From assembly GCA_044892525.1 (NCBI GenBank), contig CM097887.1, positions 11,346,001-11,410,000 of the forward strand: a stretch of DNA of 64,000 nucleotides. The letters run 5' to 3'. The notes under the pieces were generated by a model. It was not told where the DNA came from. It did not search any database and worked only from the letters and a program-made list of their open reading frames with translations. Below are positions 60,479 through 64,000 of the stretch, in pieces. Numbering within the stretch: position 1 is the stretch's first letter; each line of letters begins with the position of its first letter. This DNA comes from Schmidtea polychroa (taxonomy: Eukaryota). The translations under genes and the position numbers were made by a program.

Positions 60479-63099
60479 TTATTTGTTTTGTTGTTGTGTT
60501 GAAAAAAATATAACAGTTTATCTGAAGGATATGGCCTACTGTGTTCGGCCAACAGTGTCACTAGCCTTTATAGTTCTATAATAACTATACTGAAAGGTTT
60601 CGTGATTGAAATAACAAATGCCGAATGCGTGTTATGTTATTGTTTTTTTTATCTTCTGACACCAATTGTTATGTTATATGTTATTTACGCAGAGTAATAA
60701 GAAAATTGAAGTGCCCGAAAGAGTCTCCTTTAAAAAATATGCGTTGGGACAATCGGGGTGTAAGTTGTGTATAGTAACGCGACAATAGTATATAAAAAAA
60801 AATAAAAATTAATATGCAACAATGATATGACTTTTATATACTTTTATTAACCAATAAACTTTAATACTTTGTTAATTGTCCGGAGGCAAATATTTAGTCC
60901 GGTATTTGTGGTTACAGAATAATTATATCTAGGAGGATGATTTCCAATAAGCTTTAATACTTTGTTAATTGTCCGGAGGCAAATATTTAGTCCGGTATTT
61001 GTGGTTGCAGAATAATTATATCTAGGAGGATGATTTGCAGAGGATTACTTCGAACGATTTAGTCTTCTCTTGCACTCAAGAATAATACCTTTGTAAAATT
61101 GTCCGGAAAAAGAGATTTAGGCCTTTATTTATAATGAGAGAATAACTATATTCTGTAGGATGATTTTCAAAGAATAACTTCAGATGATTTTGTTTCGTAT
61201 CACAATTATGAATAATCACTTTGTTTCTTAATATATAGTTTAGAATCCAATTTTTACTTCGGTTTTGTATATTTGTATTTCTGAATAATTCTTATACTTC
61301 TTATCGATTTTTTTAATTTTGTAATTTTTTTCCTATAGTGATAATTTACTATGGTAAATTATCACTATATAGTTTGTTTTTTTTACGAACATAAAATAAA
61401 AACCTTCGCCACGTACGACGTGAAGAATTGTAATTTACATTTATAACATACGGTTAACAAAACCAAGAAAAATAAATAATTACAATACATTACAGATAGC
61501 TTACAAATCAATAATGATTTAAGCAGAAGATTTTTTTTGCCTATAAGAGTCGAAAAGATTCGAATATGTTAAAACATAAAATTGTTAATTAATAATTAAT
61601 TAATTGGCTAATAAAAAAACCGAGCTAATAGGAAACCCGAGCTTGATTATCATGAAGAGGAAACAAAATGAGAATCTCGGAAGGTCATTATCATGACAGC
61701 ATGATTAATGAAAACAAACAAAATTAGGACTATTACGAAGGAGTAGCAAAGGGAGCCAATTAATCATGATATGGTGCAAACAACGTTCAAGGAGCCGGCT
61801 GTCAAATCATTGTCAGATAAGAACAATCTGGCCAAAAACCGAATAATCAAAGTTATTATTCTAGTATAAAAGCAAAGTCCAAATTCAAAATAATCGGCAT
61901 TTTGCTTCAGCTAGGGTTAGAAGAAAACGAGGATAAGCAAAGGGAAAAGACGAATTAAGAAGCTTAGGGAAAAAGGAAATATAGAATAGGAGATACGAAA
62001 AAGATGATTGTCCCTTGAGTTTTCTACCTTATCGAGTGGAAAATTATCTGGAGAGAAATGTACAAATAGTGACAAAGTGTAATTGTGATAAAGATTGAAT
62101 AAAATTATTCTGTATTGGGTTTGATTTATTTGCTTGAACAAGAACACGAGGAGTCAGAGAGACAACCGACTTTCAAATAAAATCCAACAATAAAAATGTT
62201 CTCTTGAATTTTCCAAATTAATAATTATTTAATAATGTACAAAAGATAAAATTCCTCACTAAATTTGAAAAGTAAATTAACAACACTAGTTTTATTGTGG
62301 GTAAAAGTGAAAAGCATGTGAAATTTTGATCTAGTCAATTTAGTGTTGTGCACACAGCTGGCGTGGGTGGGGTTTGCAAATATCACACATTACAAATCAA
62401 ATCACAGTATTTTTTTATTATGTGAAGAGAATATTGTTCATGATCGGCGAACAGTGGTCGAAGGGAGATATAAACTTAAAACTTTCACTGTATGTGGAAC
62501 TTTTAAAGGTAGTTTATAATTATAAGAACATTTTGTGTTTTGATGTTTATAATGAAGTAAAAGATCATAAAAAACTAATCGAAATTAGTAGTGTAATAAA
62601 TACAAAAAAGACTAAAGTTAGGATGATGAATAAAAAATTGCAACATTTAATTTTTATGTGCAATTAGAATGTTTTTAAATAACCAATCTTATATTATGTA
62701 ATTGTAATACTCAATAGTTGACAACCCTACTCGGGATGTATCGGAAACAAAACAGTTGTTGCTAATATTATGATTGAATTGAAAATTCTCTATACAATTT
62801 ACAATATCAAGATGGCAACCGCAAATTTTTTCCTTTAAAAAATTATCATTTGAAATGGATCGTTATAAATTTTCAGATAAAATCAATATCATCAAATAGA
62901 CCAATGGCTACACCTGGATTCCCCAATAGTAGGTAAACATCACAATCAATCAATAAAATCAGTCAAAATCACAATTAATCAATAAAATCAGTCAAAATCA
63001 ATAGTGAAGATGTATTAAATAAACAAATATCAACATCCACATATAAATTATCTAGAAATTAAATAAAACACGAGATATTTGCAATAGGAATCTATCGAT

Positions 63100-63400
63100 C
63101 AGGCCTGCATGGAGAATTCTGGTGGGTAACCGCTGGGCTGCAGGTCGAAACTACAAATGTCCTCCTCGTTCCGTGGTTCACGATATTGCTTGACTATCGA
63201 CCACCGACCGGTCCGATAGTCCATCAAGAAGAATGCATCGACAATCACATTTAACGGCTGGAACGTGTCGAGATTTATTGCCCGATGGGAACTGATGTGC
63301 ACCGACGATTGGCCATTGAAATCGACCCCATCTAGAATATCATCAATGTCAATTCAGATCCAATAAGATTTACAATTAGCGACTCTGTTAACATTCATCG
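63100..63400 (+). pseudogene. Possible gag-like retroelement fragment
   Basis: GC-richer island; ITFNGWNVSRFIARWELMC resembles the gypsy gag motif FDG.NV..F..RYE. One short motif only. Confidence 0.25.
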
Positions 63401-63454
63401 TGCATGGGAAACGGAACGGGGGGACAGCACTTATAGAGATCAACACAAGTAAAA

Positions 63455-63905
63455 AAATATCTCCCTGACAACCAGTTGACCTACCACCCCAATGGAAAAT
63501 ATCTCCATAGCAACAAGTTGACCTACTAACCCAATTGAAAATATCTCCATAGCAACAAGTTGACCTACTAACCCAATTGAAAATATCTCCCTAGCAACCA
63601 ATTGGCCTACTAGTACAATGGGAAATACCACCCTAGAAACCATTTGCCTTACCACCTCAATGGAAAATACCGCCCTAACAACTAGTTGACCAATGGAAAA
63701 TATCTACCTAGCAACCAATTGGCCTACTAACCCAATGGAAAATATCTCCATAGCAGCAAGTTGACCTAATAACCCAATTGAAAATATCTCCATAGCAACT
63801 AGTTTACCTACGAACCCAATTGAAAATATCTCCCTAGCAACCAATTGGCCTAGTAACACAATGGAAAATACCGCCCTAGCAACCAGTTGACCTAGCAGAC
63901 CAATG
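63455..63905. repeat. 42-bp minisatellite (TTGAAAATATCTCCATAGCAACAAGTTGACCTACTAACCCAA)n, ~10 copies
   Basis: Period 42 read directly. One minus-strand frame is nearly open as (GQLVAMEIFSIGLV)n. Confidence 0.92.
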
Positions 63906-64000
63906 GGATAAAATGTACCTGCCGAGCCTGCAATATAGGAAACAATCATGGCCTTCTGGGGCCGGGAAAGCCGATTGGCATATCGAATGAGAATTTTCAT

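Larger units (their letters stand above)
55215..61494 (-). mobile_element. Full-length Ty3/gypsy LTR retrotransposon, recent insertion
   Basis: 828-bp LTRs at 55215-56042 and 60667-61494 (about 5 mismatches seen), 5-bp TSD GATAG, tRNA-Leu-type PBS (60653-60664) and PPT at about 56043-56060. Confidence 0.97.

Noticed and set aside
56628-60513. Plus-strand ORFs overlapping gypsy gag/pol (also 11341-12450 minus)
   Set aside because: Antisense shadows caused by the A/C-rich coding strand.
45740-63905. CRISPR-like arrays in the 25-, 28- and 42-bp repeats
   Set aside because: Head-to-tail satellites without unique spacers, in a spliceosomal eukaryote with no cas genes.

Overview
AT-rich eukaryotic (metazoan-type) DNA with tiny GT-AG introns of about 41-50 bp and three N gaps (23812-23957, 36083-36648, 41161-41868). 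The host is not identifiable from the sequence; an AT-rich invertebrate such as a flatworm is only a guess. Two intact spliced host genes are present: LRWD1/ORCA (1234-4070, +) and a syntaxin-7/12-type SNARE (48667-53639, +), plus one orphan ORF. Between them lies a dense field of mobile and viral remains: a gB/chuvirus-like glycoprotein relic, a CRESS-like Rep relic, a Helitron helicase relic, an HSP90 pseudogene split by an LTR element whose 3' LTR is a perfect 91-bp palindrome, a spliced Bcl-2-family pseudogene behind an AP-1 cluster, a decayed Polinton/Maverick (adintovirus-like) element, Penelope RT/GIY-YIG, gypsy integrase and dynein fragments, and a near-intact young Ty3/gypsy element (55215-61494). 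The most unusual signal is an unnamed minus-strand element family in three diverged copies (A about 25241-29800, B about 36650-40710, C about 40740-45300). Copies A and B carry a conserved, intact ~250-aa coiled-coil ORF followed by an RNA structure with compensatory base changes; both are decayed in C. The family also shares a double-hairpin terminal module and may carry variable cargo. All homology calls were made by eye from remembered family motifs; no database searches or folding programs were run.
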